Below, piece after piece: positions 9,107 through 19,000 of a stretch of DNA of 64,000 nt; position 1 is the first letter of the stretch, and each line of letters opens with the position of its first letter. This DNA is from Sedimentisphaerales bacterium (GTDB taxonomy: Bacteria > Planctomycetota > Phycisphaerae > Sedimentisphaerales > SM23-30). The DNA is taken from positions 463,896 to 527,895 of the forward strand of contig CAXXMR010000013.1 in assembly GCA_963663805.2 (NCBI GenBank), written 5' to 3'. Made by a program: the position numbers and the translations under genes. The notes beneath the pieces were generated by a model that was not told where the DNA came from, ran no database searches, and worked only from the letters and a program-made list of their open reading frames with translations.

Positions 9107-10114
9107 TCATATTATTTCGCCGGAGAATCTGGCGAGTGTCAGGTCCATATTGGCGACGTCCTGCTCGGAGAGGTTGATTTTTCCGGCGATGGCGTTTTCT
9201 TGGGCTTGCCGGGGTGTTCTGGCTCCGACTAAAGCGTGAGTTACTCCGGGCTGGGCGATTGTCCAAGCGATGGCAAGCTGGGCCATGGAGAGATTGTGCT
9301 GCTCGGCCAGGGGTTGGAATTCTTTGAGCAGGTTGGCGACACTTTGGCGGTTTTCGACACTGTAACGGGGGTTTTTGTTGCGCATGTCGGTATCTGCGAA
9401 TTTTCGGTCGGGTCCGATTTTGCCGGTTAGCAGTCCCTGACAGATAGGTGAATAAGCCAGCAGGGCGATGTGATTCCAGCGACAATGAGCGAGATTTTTC
9501 ATTTCCAGCTCGTTATCGAGCATGTTGTATTTTTCCTGGTCGGTGTCAACTGGGCCGACCTGAGCATATTTATCGATTTGTTCTGGGGTGGCATTGCTGA
9601 CTCCGATGGCGCGGATTTTACCTTCCTGTTTGAGTTCGATGAGGCAGCCCATGGTATCGGCGATGGGGGTGGTGTTTTCCTGCCAGTGGGTCTGATAGAG
9701 GTCGATATAGTCTGTTTTGAGGAGTTTGAGGCTGGTTTCGACCTCTTTACGGATGCTTTTGGGGCGGAGGCATTTATAGACTTCCAGAGTTGGTTTGTCC
9801 GTATTTATGGTCTTTTCGTCGCTGCGGAAATGGAATTCGCCTTCCTGGCGGTCCCAAATCAGGCCGCACTTGGTGGCCAGGACAACCTTGTCGCGTCGTC
9901 CGGCGATGGCCTGTCCGACAATTTCTTCGGAACGGCCGAAACCGTAGACCGGAGCGGTATCGATAAAATTTATGCCCTCGTCGATAGCGGCGTGAATGGC
10001 GTTGATAGATTCATTTTCTTCTGTACCGCCCCAGTTCCATCCGCCGATCGCCCAGGCCCCCAAAGCTACTACCGATGCCTCGATTCCAGACTGGCCCAAC
10101 GGACGATATTTCAT
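9107..10114 (-). CDS. Aldo/keto reductase
   Basis: LGAWAIGG, DTAPVYG, LATKCG, DYIDLYQTH, IGVSN, YSP. Confidence 0.93.
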   Translation of the reverse strand: MKYRPLGQSGIEASVVALGAWAIGGWNWGGTEENESINAIHAAIDEGINFIDTAPVYGFGRSEEIVGQAIAGRRDKVVLATKCGLIWDRQEGEFHFRSDEKTINTDKPTLEVYKCLRPKSIRKEVETSLKLLKTDYIDLYQTHWQENTTPIADTMGCLIELKQEGKIRAIGVSNATPEQIDKYAQVGPVDTDQEKYNMLDNELEMKNLAHCRWNHIALLAYSPICQGLLTGKIGPDRKFADTDMRNKNPRYSVENRQSVANLLKEFQPLAEQHNLSMAQLAIAWTIAQPGVTHALVGARTPRQAQENAIAGKINLSEQDVANMDLTLARFSGEII

Positions 10115-10202
10115 TCAAACAACCCTTTTCAGATTATAGTCTTACTACCTGCCAAAACAGCGATTAGAGCATTCTATCGATATAATTTTTCCTGTCAACC
10201 TA

Positions 10203-10859
10203 TCAGTTTTTGTAGTTTGGGTCATGGCGTTGGCGGTACCACTGGGGCCATTGGCTGGGTTTGACTTTAGCCCAGAGGCCGGTCTGGTCGCGTTGAGCTT
10301 GCTTTTGGAGATTCTGGAACCGGTCGTAATGGATATGGTCAAATCGTTCATCGGCATAGGCGTAGCCATCTCTAAGGAGATTTTCGTTGAACATTTCGTT
10401 GAGATTTACGTACGCATAGCAGAGGAGTCGGCCATATTTGCCGCGGGTGTTTTTGTGCGGTTCAAGGATGATACTGACTTCATTGCCCAAAAGCTGTTTT
10501 TTGGCGTAGGCTGACGCTTCGGGGCCGTAGTACATTATTGGGGTGTTAGGGTTTTTGGTTTCGGGGGTGTCTACTCCCCAGAGTCGTACTCTGGTGTGTT
10601 CTTTAGCGTTGAGCAGGTCGGGTATTTCCAGGTCGAAAGTGTCTCCATCGACAACGTTTACCACCCGGAATGTTTTTTTATTGTAGCGTTCAAAGTCTGT
10701 TTCAGGGTTTTGTTGGGTCTGAGTGGTGCTTGAGTCTGTTGATTCAGGTAGTTCCTGGAATCTGCCCCGGTAGAAAATGAGTGCCAATAGAGCAATACTA
10801 AGGCTGATGAGCATTCTTTGGGAACGGCGAGATAGAAGTGTTTTTTTTCGGCGCGGCAT
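10203..10859 (-). CDS. Membrane-anchored thermonuclease (SNase) family protein
   Basis: VVDGDT, VRLWGVDTPE, YGRLL, GYA, GLW; N-terminal TM segment. Confidence 0.9.
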   Translation of the reverse strand: MPRRKKTLLSRRSQRMLISLSIALLALIFYRGRFQELPESTDSSTTQTQQNPETDFERYNKKTFRVVNVVDGDTFDLEIPDLLNAKEHTRVRLWGVDTPETKNPNTPIMYYGPEASAYAKKQLLGNEVSIILEPHKNTRGKYGRLLCYAYVNLNEMFNENLLRDGYAYADERFDHIHYDRFQNLQKQAQRDQTGLWAKVKPSQWPQWYRQRHDPNYKN

Positions 10860-10967
10860 TGTTTGGGTTCCTTTTGTGGGTCTTGCGGAAAAATAATGCT
10901 TGAAAACCACGCCGGTCATCGTAAACTGAATGAAAGGACAAATCAAGGTTCATGCCGGAGACCGCAG

Positions 10968-11693
10968 ATGTCAAAAATATCTTTATGGAAGAGGATGGGT
11001 GGGTGGCTGAGGCTTAGTGCGGCTGATGCCGACGCTCAAGTCGATGAAAACGGACTGCTGATTAACGATGGAGAACATGCGGGCAATCCGCAGGAGGCTC
11101 TGGTGACTAAAAAACCGAATAAGGAGCAACAGTTGGCGGCGATGGAAGAGAGTTTTCGTCGGTTGGTGGATGTTTTGGAATCACTTAATGACAATGTTGC
11201 CGAGCAGAACCATAAGAGCGAGAAGATAAACCAGAATCTGAACTTACTGCCGCAGGTTCTTGAGAATATTCCGCAGGCTTCGGCGGCTCAGCGTGAGGCT
11301 CTTGATAAACTTGCCGGCGAACTGCGTAATCAGTCTTCGCGCAGTCAGCAGCTGGTGGAAATTGTCAAGGATTTGCCTGATTTAACCCAGCAGCAGATCG
11401 ACCGGTTGGGTGATATTACTCAGCAGTTGGAGTCGTCCAGCCAGAGCAGCGAGAAGATGAGCGATTCTTTCTCGCGGGTGGATGAGTCTATTAGCGAGAT
11501 GCTCCAGCATAGTCAGGGTCAGAGCATTTCTCTAGCGAATCTGGGGCAGCAGATTCAGCAGTCTGACCAACAGCTTATCGAGGCATTGACCAGGCAAAAT
11601 CGCAGAATGATGTGGATTTTCGCGGGTCTGGCGATTTTGGTATCGGCGGCGGTTGTAGTTTTGACACTTTTTAGTTTGAAGTCTGCGAGCTGA
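10968..11693 (+). CDS. Hypothetical coiled-coil protein with C-terminal TM anchor
   Basis: Q/E/S/L-rich helical body, hydrophobic tail, GGAG SD. Confidence 0.75.
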   Translation: MSKISLWKRMGGWLRLSAADADAQVDENGLLINDGEHAGNPQEALVTKKPNKEQQLAAMEESFRRLVDVLESLNDNVAEQNHKSEKINQNLNLLPQVLENIPQASAAQREALDKLAGELRNQSSRSQQLVEIVKDLPDLTQQQIDRLGDITQQLESSSQSSEKMSDSFSRVDESISEMLQHSQGQSISLANLGQQIQQSDQQLIEALTRQNRRMMWIFAGLAILVSAAVVVLTLFSLKSAS

Positions 11694-11841
11694 TTGGATG
11701 AATCAATTTATGTAAGCGTTCACAGTATCTCAGGTTGAGCTGTATAGGCCCGATCATGCTGTCCCTTCAGGGCTGTTAAAAGAAAATAATATTCCCACTC
11801 GGCACAAAAATATGTTGAAGTGGGGAGTGTGAACAGTTACT

Positions 11842-13473
11842 TTATTTTTTCTGTTTTTCCAGTACATTTCCCAGCACATCTATCAGAATATTTGTCATTT
11901 GTTCTTCGGCAGTGCGTTTGTTTTTTTTCTCTTGCTGCGGAGCTTGTTCATTTTTTTCTTCGTCTTGATTATTGGTTTCAATCGGAGTTTCTGGTTTTTG
12001 TCCGGAATTATCAATCTTGCCCAGCAGGTCCTCCAGGGCTTTGCCTGCCTGAGTCTCGATGTTTTTGCGGAGAATGTTTTTCAGCAGTTCATCTACGTTT
12101 ACTTTGCCGAGGCCGAGGACGGGCTTGTCTACTGTCCCTAATATTGGGATGTCAACCCGTGTCTCTCCCAGATAACGCGGGTCGATCTGAGACATTTTAA
12201 CTCCCAGGCGTTCCAGCAGCAGGGCGTTGAGGGGCATACTGACTGCCATATCCATGGTTTTATCGAAACCTACCGAGCCGTAAAACCTCATCTGGGTATG
12301 GTCTTTCAGGGCAACAATAAAATCATCGTAATGAATTTTGCCGTCACGGACAGCGAAATTAATGGCGCCTATATCCAGACATACTTTATCTTCCACTCGT
12401 GAGGAAAGCAGGTTCAGTAAATCCTTTAGCAGACCCTGTGGATGCACCTTCATTCCTGAAAGATTCAAATTGCCCTGGCCGTACATTTCATTTTGGCTGT
12501 TTTTGTCCAGTGGGACATAAACATCTTCGACTATCAGCGAGACTGTCCCTTCTACTTCCGCACTTTCGGCGAGCAGGGGGGAGGCGTCTTTCATGAAGCG
12601 TTGGACGAGTTCTGACTTGATGGGCAACTTGTCAAGTATTTGTTGTTTTTTGGTTATGCGTAATTGCGGCGGCTGTTGGCGGAGGTCGAGTTGGCCGGCC
12701 AGGATGATTTGGCCGTCCTCGGCGGCGACGATGCTTTCGGGCAGATGGACGATGCCGCCGGAAATTTCTGGTTTGATCTGTGCTTGTCCCAGTTTTATTT
12801 CATAGACCTCGCCCCTGTCCCAGTTCAGGCTCAGTACGCCTTCGATATCTTCCAGCTTGCCATCTACCGGACTTTTCAACTCAAATTCACCCTGACAGAT
12901 ACCTTCCAGGTTCACGTCGCGGGCGGTTTCCGGGGCGTAAATTTCCAGCATTCCCATGGCTTGCTGCCAGTCGAGTCGATATTTGCCGTTGGCTGTTGCC
13001 CGTTGTTGGGCGGTGCCATCTATATAAATTTCGCCTTCGAGCTCAAAATCCTGCCATTGCCGACCTTCGATTTTGAAGGCTTTGATAACGCCGCCCCTGA
13101 GTACCAGCAGTCCCGGCGGTACGTGTCGCTGTTGTGTATTTTTCATTTTTCGGGCTTCGGCCAGTAAATCTATTAGTCCGCCGGACCAACTAATGAAGGA
13201 TGCGCTGATTTCATTGCCGCCTTCGGGCTCACGTAATTGCACTCTGCCCAGTTCACAGGGGCCCAGCCACGATAGCGATATGCTTTGGCAATCTATCAGC
13301 CAGCCGGTTTTTTCGCCGACCAACTGTAACAGGGCACTTTTGGCAGGCCCAACACCTATCAGGCGTGGAACGGACCAGATAGCTACTATCAGCATCAAAA
13401 ATGCGGCAAGCAAACGCCAACGCCATTTGTGCCGTCTGACAATTTTGTCGGTTTCTTTGATTTTCCTGTTCAT
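11842..13473 (-). CDS. AsmA-like envelope protein
   Basis: N-terminal TM, SLSWLG, C-terminal F.GSVGFD....PI.GTVDKP. Confidence 0.6.
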   Translation of the reverse strand: MNRKIKETDKIVRRHKWRWRLLAAFLMLIVAIWSVPRLIGVGPAKSALLQLVGEKTGWLIDCQSISLSWLGPCELGRVQLREPEGGNEISASFISWSGGLIDLLAEARKMKNTQQRHVPPGLLVLRGGVIKAFKIEGRQWQDFELEGEIYIDGTAQQRATANGKYRLDWQQAMGMLEIYAPETARDVNLEGICQGEFELKSPVDGKLEDIEGVLSLNWDRGEVYEIKLGQAQIKPEISGGIVHLPESIVAAEDGQIILAGQLDLRQQPPQLRITKKQQILDKLPIKSELVQRFMKDASPLLAESAEVEGTVSLIVEDVYVPLDKNSQNEMYGQGNLNLSGMKVHPQGLLKDLLNLLSSRVEDKVCLDIGAINFAVRDGKIHYDDFIVALKDHTQMRFYGSVGFDKTMDMAVSMPLNALLLERLGVKMSQIDPRYLGETRVDIPILGTVDKPVLGLGKVNVDELLKNILRKNIETQAGKALEDLLGKIDNSGQKPETPIETNNQDEEKNEQAPQQEKKNKRTAEEQMTNILIDVLGNVLEKQKK

Positions 13474-13684
13474 AATCTGCCTTTACATCTGGTTGCCTGT
13501 TAAAAACTAAATATTCAATAATTACTTTATCGACAATATCTTATATTAAATAAATTTGCAATGTGGTATTTCTCTTATCCAAAAATCTTGATTTTTAATA
13601 GTATTGCCCTAATATGTGCCCGGTCCAGAGAAAATTTCTGGCGTGATGAAATGGCTGCTGTTTACAGAAAGAAAGGTAAAGCAC

Positions 13685-14881
13685 ATGTTTGAGACCATTC
13701 CCATGGCCCCTGCCGACCCGATTCTCGGCCTTACTGAAGCCTTCAAAGCCGACCCTAACCCTGCCAAGATCAATCTTGGTGTGGGTGTATACAAGGATGA
13801 GACGGGCCAAACGCCCATATTTGAGACGGTTAAGAAGGCTGAACAGCGGATTTTGGAGTCGGAGTCGTCCAAGTCTTATTTACCCATTTCCGGTGCCCCT
13901 GAGTATGCTGACGCTGTTTTGCGGATGCTTTTTGGCGGTAGCCATGAGATTGTTTCCAGTCAGCGGGCAGCTACGGCCCAGACGCCCGGCGGGACCGGCG
14001 CTTTGCGTGTGGCGGGCGATTTTTTGAAATTTGCCAACCCTGACGCGACCATCTATGTCAGCAACCCTACCTGGGCCAACCACAAGGGTGTTTTTGCGGC
14101 TTCGGGTTTGAAGATTGAGGAATACCCTTATTATGATTCTCAGAGCAAATCGCTTGATTTTGAGGCGATGATTGCGGCTTTGGGTAATATCCCGGCGAAT
14201 AACATTGTCCTGCTGCACGGCTGCTGTCACAACCCGACCGGTATTGACCCGACCGTTGAACAGTGGCAGCAAATCGCTGAGGTTATCAAAAATAAAAAGC
14301 TGGTCGCCCTTATTGATTTTGCCTATCAGGGTTTAGCCCGTGGAATTAACGAAGACGCTGACGGCATGAGAATCATCTGTGAGGCGGGCTGTGAGACTAT
14401 CATAACCAGCAGTTTTTCGAAGAACGTTGGTCTTTACAATGAGCGTGTCGGTGCCATCACCATAGTGACTGAGAACGCGGAGATTGCAACTCAGGCGTTC
14501 AGTCAGGTCAAACGTGTTATTCGGGCTAATTATTCCAATCCCCCTTCACACGGCGGCAAGATAGTTTCCACAATTCTGGGCGATGCTGAACTTCGCCGGG
14601 AATGGGAAATTGAAGTTGAGCAGATTCGCAAGCGTATTCAGGAAATGCGTGTTCTTTTTGTTGAGACGCTCAAAAAGAAGGGCGTGGAGCAGGATTTCTC
14701 ATTTATTATTGAGCAGAACGGCATGTTCAGCTTCTCAGGTCTGAATCCGGACCAGGTTAAAGCCCTGCGTGAGAAATACGCGATTTATATTGTTGGTTCC
14801 GGCAGAATCAATGTTGCCGGTATGACCAAGGCCAATATGGAGCCTCTTTGCGAGGCGATAGCTGAGGTTCTTAACGGCTGA
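13685..14881 (+). CDS. aspC: Aspartate/aromatic aminotransferase
   Basis: APADPILGL, NLGVGVY, TPGGTGALR, HNPTG, DFAYQG, SFSKN.GLY.ER, GRIN. Confidence 0.95.
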   Translation: MFETIPMAPADPILGLTEAFKADPNPAKINLGVGVYKDETGQTPIFETVKKAEQRILESESSKSYLPISGAPEYADAVLRMLFGGSHEIVSSQRAATAQTPGGTGALRVAGDFLKFANPDATIYVSNPTWANHKGVFAASGLKIEEYPYYDSQSKSLDFEAMIAALGNIPANNIVLLHGCCHNPTGIDPTVEQWQQIAEVIKNKKLVALIDFAYQGLARGINEDADGMRIICEAGCETIITSSFSKNVGLYNERVGAITIVTENAEIATQAFSQVKRVIRANYSNPPSHGGKIVSTILGDAELRREWEIEVEQIRKRIQEMRVLFVETLKKKGVEQDFSFIIEQNGMFSFSGLNPDQVKALREKYAIYIVGSGRINVAGMTKANMEPLCEAIAEVLNG

Positions 14882-14902
14882 TACCTCGTTAAGCGCAATA
14901 AT

Positions 14903-14942
14903 AAGCGGGAAGCATCTTTCTAGGGGTGCTTCCCGCTTTTTT
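14903..14942 (+). terminator. Intrinsic terminator after aspC
   Basis: AAGCGGGAAGCA/TGCTTCCCGCTT stem plus T run. Confidence 0.85.
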
Positions 14943-14969
14943 AAATTACTCAACAAGCTGATGCTTTAG

Positions 14970-16199
14970 TTAGAACTTAACAATCAGGTCAAACTCTGCC
15001 TGTTTGTAGTCCACATCGTCGCCGCCTACATCGCGTTTGCCGATATAGCCGGTCAGACTCAGGAGGCAACCGTCGGCGACCTTCATTCCGACGCTCATCT
15101 TGTGGCCCATCGAATTGGTGCCACTGCCAAAGCAGCCTTCGCTGAACTGGCCTACGACGGAATCGGCGCCCAGTTCGCTGTAATTATATGTGCAACGCCA
15201 GTCGCCGATATTAGCTGTTTTGCCAACGACTACACCGGCCAGATAACCGGTATCTTTATCGGAGGCGCCCAAGTTGTTTGCATAATCGGCAAAAATGCTC
15301 ATGGGCAGGCCGATAGCGGTAAAGCCGAAATCAGCAAACAGGTTCACGATATTAAAATCGTTTTCGTAGCCTCCTGTTCCGTCGTCAGTATTGCCGGCCA
15401 GGTCATCCAGAGCATGCCCTTCGATATTGCCAAAGTCGTAGTAGGCGGCACCGAGGGTCAGATTCGCAGAGCAGTCTTCCAGGCAGAGCCAGGTTAAACC
15501 GGTCTGGATACCCCACAAGCTGGTGTCAGCATCTGTAGCACGTTCTTCGACCCAGAAGCCACCAGCGGTGGAGAATACATCAAGTTTCTCGCCGATCGAT
15601 TTTTTGACAACGCCGGCGATACCTTCAAAGGACTGGCCGTCGAAAATCAGGGAACTATTGCCGGGATGGTTGAACGGGTCTTCGAATTTACCACCCAGGA
15701 TGTGAATGCCGCGGAAGCCGTCAATGTCGTAGAATGGGGAAATGCCATCCAGGAAATCAACACCAACACTCAGGAACGGCAGTTTTTCCAGCGTACCGGG
15801 GTGATAATCGAAATAGGCCAGATCGACATAGGCATCCGCATCATCGAAGCTGTCGCCCATGGTCTTTTCGCCAGCAACACGGAATATCAAGTCCATCTCG
15901 TCATTGACCTTGCCGTAGATAGCGATACGACCGCGAACGGTATGGCGATGACGTTTGTCAGCGGCGGCATCATCGTCTGTCCAGTCAAAGCGATAGCGTC
16001 CGTCACCAGAGAATTTGGTGAGGTTTTTGACCCAGTCGGGTATTTCCATGTCGCTGGTGGTCTGCTGGACATCTGACATAGCCTGTTCGAGTTTTGCCAG
16101 CCGTGCCTCGAAGCTTTCGCTCGATTCGGCGGCTGTGCTGATATTATAGACCATAAATACCATCAAAAATGCTACAAGTAAAATGCTCATCCGTTTCAT
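14970..16199 (-). CDS. Putative outer-membrane porin
   Basis: Signal peptide, short coiled coil, FSGDGRYRF, alternating beta strands, terminal Phe; SD AAGGAG. Confidence 0.8.
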   Translation of the reverse strand: MKRMSILLVAFLMVFMVYNISTAAESSESFEARLAKLEQAMSDVQQTTSDMEIPDWVKNLTKFSGDGRYRFDWTDDDAAADKRHRHTVRGRIAIYGKVNDEMDLIFRVAGEKTMGDSFDDADAYVDLAYFDYHPGTLEKLPFLSVGVDFLDGISPFYDIDGFRGIHILGGKFEDPFNHPGNSSLIFDGQSFEGIAGVVKKSIGEKLDVFSTAGGFWVEERATDADTSLWGIQTGLTWLCLEDCSANLTLGAAYYDFGNIEGHALDDLAGNTDDGTGGYENDFNIVNLFADFGFTAIGLPMSIFADYANNLGASDKDTGYLAGVVVGKTANIGDWRCTYNYSELGADSVVGQFSEGCFGSGTNSMGHKMSVGMKVADGCLLSLTGYIGKRDVGGDDVDYKQAEFDLIVKF

Positions 16200-17104
16200 A
16201 ATTTGACTCCTTAACCAATGTTCTAACACCTTGTGACGGGACTCAAACGACATACAGATAACAATATTCTGCAAGCCCGCCGGTTACTCTTGCGGTCGAA
16301 TTCAACTGTTGAACTCGATAAGCCGCATTCTCCGGTTCACTATGTAATCAATGCCATATTCGGACCTTTCAAAGCTTGTTTTCAAAATGTCTCGCCGGTT
16401 GACCGGCAGTAAGAACGAATATTGAAAATCTTATACAAATAAAACCTTCGCTTTGTTTTGCCATAAATCGGTGTATTTATTGGGAAACCTGTATGGAAAA
16501 TCAGCCCTTTTTTGGTCTTTTTTCAGGTCCGTTTTTATGTTTTGGGCTTTCAATACTGGCAGTGACGTTTTTGTAGTTAATTTGTAGCGGTTGTATCGAA
16601 AAAAATGGTAGGACCTTTGCCTATGAAAAAATCTGGATTGTCCGATAAGCGTAATTATCTGGACCAACCCAATTCACAACTCTTTTGCTTGCTTGTGATT
16701 ACTGAATTGCCCCTAGTGTATAGACTGTAATCAATATTAGTTATATGACCATGCGAATTGTCCGCTCACCTCTCAAGGCTCATTAATACTCTCAGATTCC
16801 CTTTTGGGGATGAAATATCGCTTTACGGCCATATTTTTCTGAATTTTGGCCTTAAAAAAACTGATAATTACATTGTGGAATGCAGGCCGGAAAGGTTTGC
16901 GGAGAATGAATTACATGGGAAATTAATAGTAAGCTTCTGAAATCCTTTTTGTCACAATGCCCGGATAGAACTTGTTCTGTCTGGGCATTGTTTTTTTGTG
17001 GGGTTGCATTACTTTTGATTATTCTTACGTTTTCTGGTTCCTGCCGATAAAACTGGTGTAGAGTTTTATAGAATTGCAATTTGGCTTATATTTCAGGACC
17101 ATAA

Positions 17105-18931
17105 ATGAAGCTGCACAAAGGGTTAGGATTACTTGATGTTTTTGCGATAGCTACTGGGGCGATGATTTCCGGGATTTTCATTCTGCCGGGTTTGGCCTTT
17201 GAGCAGGCTGGTCCGGTGGTGATGGTTTCATATTTTTTTTCGGGTTTGCTCGCATTGAGCGGATTGTTCAGTCAGGCGGAGCTTACCTCTGCGATGCCTC
17301 GCGCGGGTGGGACATATTTCAATGTTACGCGTTCGATGGGCTCGGCTGTAGGCACTGTTTACGGGCTGATTACCTGGTTGAGTATGGCCTTGAAAACCGC
17401 CTATGAGCTTTTGTTTATGGGGTTGATTCTGGCGATGGTGGTTCATCTGCCGGGTCATCTGCTGGCGGTGGTTATTTGTCTGCTGTTTGTGGGGTTGAAT
17501 TTGATTGGTGCTAAAGAAGCGGGCAAAATTCAGGCATATCTGGTTTTGGGTATTCTTGGGCTGCTGGTACTTTTTTTGATTCTTTCACTCGGAAAAATGT
17601 CGGTGAGGAACTTTGAACCGTTTTTGCCCAAAGGCTGGGATGCGGTATTGCCGACGGCTGGCTTGGTATTTGTCTCGTTTGGTGGCTTGCTGAAAGTTGC
17701 CAATATCGCCGAAGAAGCTAAAAAGCCCGGTCGTAATATACCTTTGGCGATGCTCTTGTCGATGATAGTTGTCAGTGTCTTTTATCTTTTAGTGGTTTTT
17801 GCCTGTATTGCCGTATTGGGCCCGAATTTATCGGGTTTGCAGCATCCTGTGGCTGAAGCGTCCAGGGTTTTTATGGGCAATGCCGGTCCTGTTTTGTATA
17901 GTGTTGCCGCGGTGCTGGCGATTGTAAGTTCAGCTAACGCCGGGATCATGGCGGCCTCTCGTTTTCCGCTGGCTCTGGCACGTGATGAAATGCTGCCAGC
18001 TTGGCTGGGTAAAATAAACGCACGTTGCAAGACCCCTCACCCAGCTATTCTGTTGACCGGCGTGGTCATCATTGCCGCTATGTTCGTTGATGTGAAAATA
18101 CTGGTCAAGGCGGCCTCGTGTGTATTGATTTTGACTTATGTTTTTACTTGTATTGCGGTTATTATCCTGCGCGAAAGCAAAATTCAGAATTATCGTCCTC
18201 AGTTTCGTTCGCCTTTGTATCCGTGGATTCAGGTTATAGGCATACTTGGTTTTGACGCTTTACTGTTTGGTCTGGGTTGGGAGGCTTTGCTTACGTGCAG
18301 TGTGTTGGTTCTTTGTGGTTTCGCGGCGTATTGGTTTTACGGCAGACCCCGCGCATCCAAGGATTACGCCCTGCTGCATCTGATTGAGCGCGTGACGGCT
18401 CGCGAGCTTGCTTCGACCCATCTGGAAAGCGAACTGAAGGACATTATTCATGAGCGTGACGAGATTATGAAGGATCGTTTTGACCATCTGGTCGAGAACT
18501 GTCCGGTGCTGGATTTGGAAGGGCCTATCTGGTCAGACACATTTTTTGATAAAGCGGCCGAAGTTTTGGCTGCGGATCTGGATATTTCCAAGGAAGTTGT
18601 TTATAACGGTTTTCTGGAGCGGGAATCTCAGGGTTCGACGGTACTAAGTCCGTTCCTGGCGATACCTCACGTTGTAATTGAAGGCGAGCAGCATTTCGAT
18701 ATTCTTCTGGCCCGCTGTCAGGAAGGTATTGTTTTCTCGGAAGAACATAACAAGGTTCACGCGGTGTTTGTGTTGATTGGTACGCGTGACGAGCGGTCTT
18801 TTCATCTTATGTCGCTGGCGGCTATTGCCCAGATTGTCCAGGACGAGGATTTTGATTATCGCTGGAAGAACGCCAAAAATATTGAGGCTTTGCGTGATAT
18901 AGTTTTGCTCAGCAAGAGAATGAGAAATTAG
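17105..18931 (+). CDS. APC-family amino acid permease fused to a PTS EIIA domain
   Basis: GAMISGIFILPG, AEL.SAMP.AGG.Y, AEEAK.P, many TMs; C-terminal ERE..GST...AIPH. Confidence 0.9.
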   Translation: MKLHKGLGLLDVFAIATGAMISGIFILPGLAFEQAGPVVMVSYFFSGLLALSGLFSQAELTSAMPRAGGTYFNVTRSMGSAVGTVYGLITWLSMALKTAYELLFMGLILAMVVHLPGHLLAVVICLLFVGLNLIGAKEAGKIQAYLVLGILGLLVLFLILSLGKMSVRNFEPFLPKGWDAVLPTAGLVFVSFGGLLKVANIAEEAKKPGRNIPLAMLLSMIVVSVFYLLVVFACIAVLGPNLSGLQHPVAEASRVFMGNAGPVLYSVAAVLAIVSSANAGIMAASRFPLALARDEMLPAWLGKINARCKTPHPAILLTGVVIIAAMFVDVKILVKAASCVLILTYVFTCIAVIILRESKIQNYRPQFRSPLYPWIQVIGILGFDALLFGLGWEALLTCSVLVLCGFAAYWFYGRPRASKDYALLHLIERVTARELASTHLESELKDIIHERDEIMKDRFDHLVENCPVLDLEGPIWSDTFFDKAAEVLAADLDISKEVVYNGFLERESQGSTVLSPFLAIPHVVIEGEQHFDILLARCQEGIVFSEEHNKVHAVFVLIGTRDERSFHLMSLAAIAQIVQDEDFDYRWKNAKNIEALRDIVLLSKRMRN

Positions 18932-18942
18932 TTTTTGGGCAT

Positions 18943-18978
18943 AAAAAAAGCCGAACCGATTTGGGGACCGGTTCGGCT
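18943..18978 (-). terminator. Intrinsic terminator between convergent genes
   Basis: AGCCGAACCG/CGGTTCGGCT stem with 7-A run on +. Confidence 0.8.
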
Positions 18979-19000
18979 GTATTTAGCGATAACAGTTTCC

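Noticed and set aside
7911..10859. Deazaguanine DNA-modification defence system (queC plus nuclease)
   Set aside because: No dpdA/tgt-like gene; QueF indicates the tRNA pathway; the nuclease is membrane-anchored
11763..11777. CCTTCAGGGCTGTT shared with the region near 62083
   Set aside because: Only 14 nt; may be a decayed REP fragment or chance
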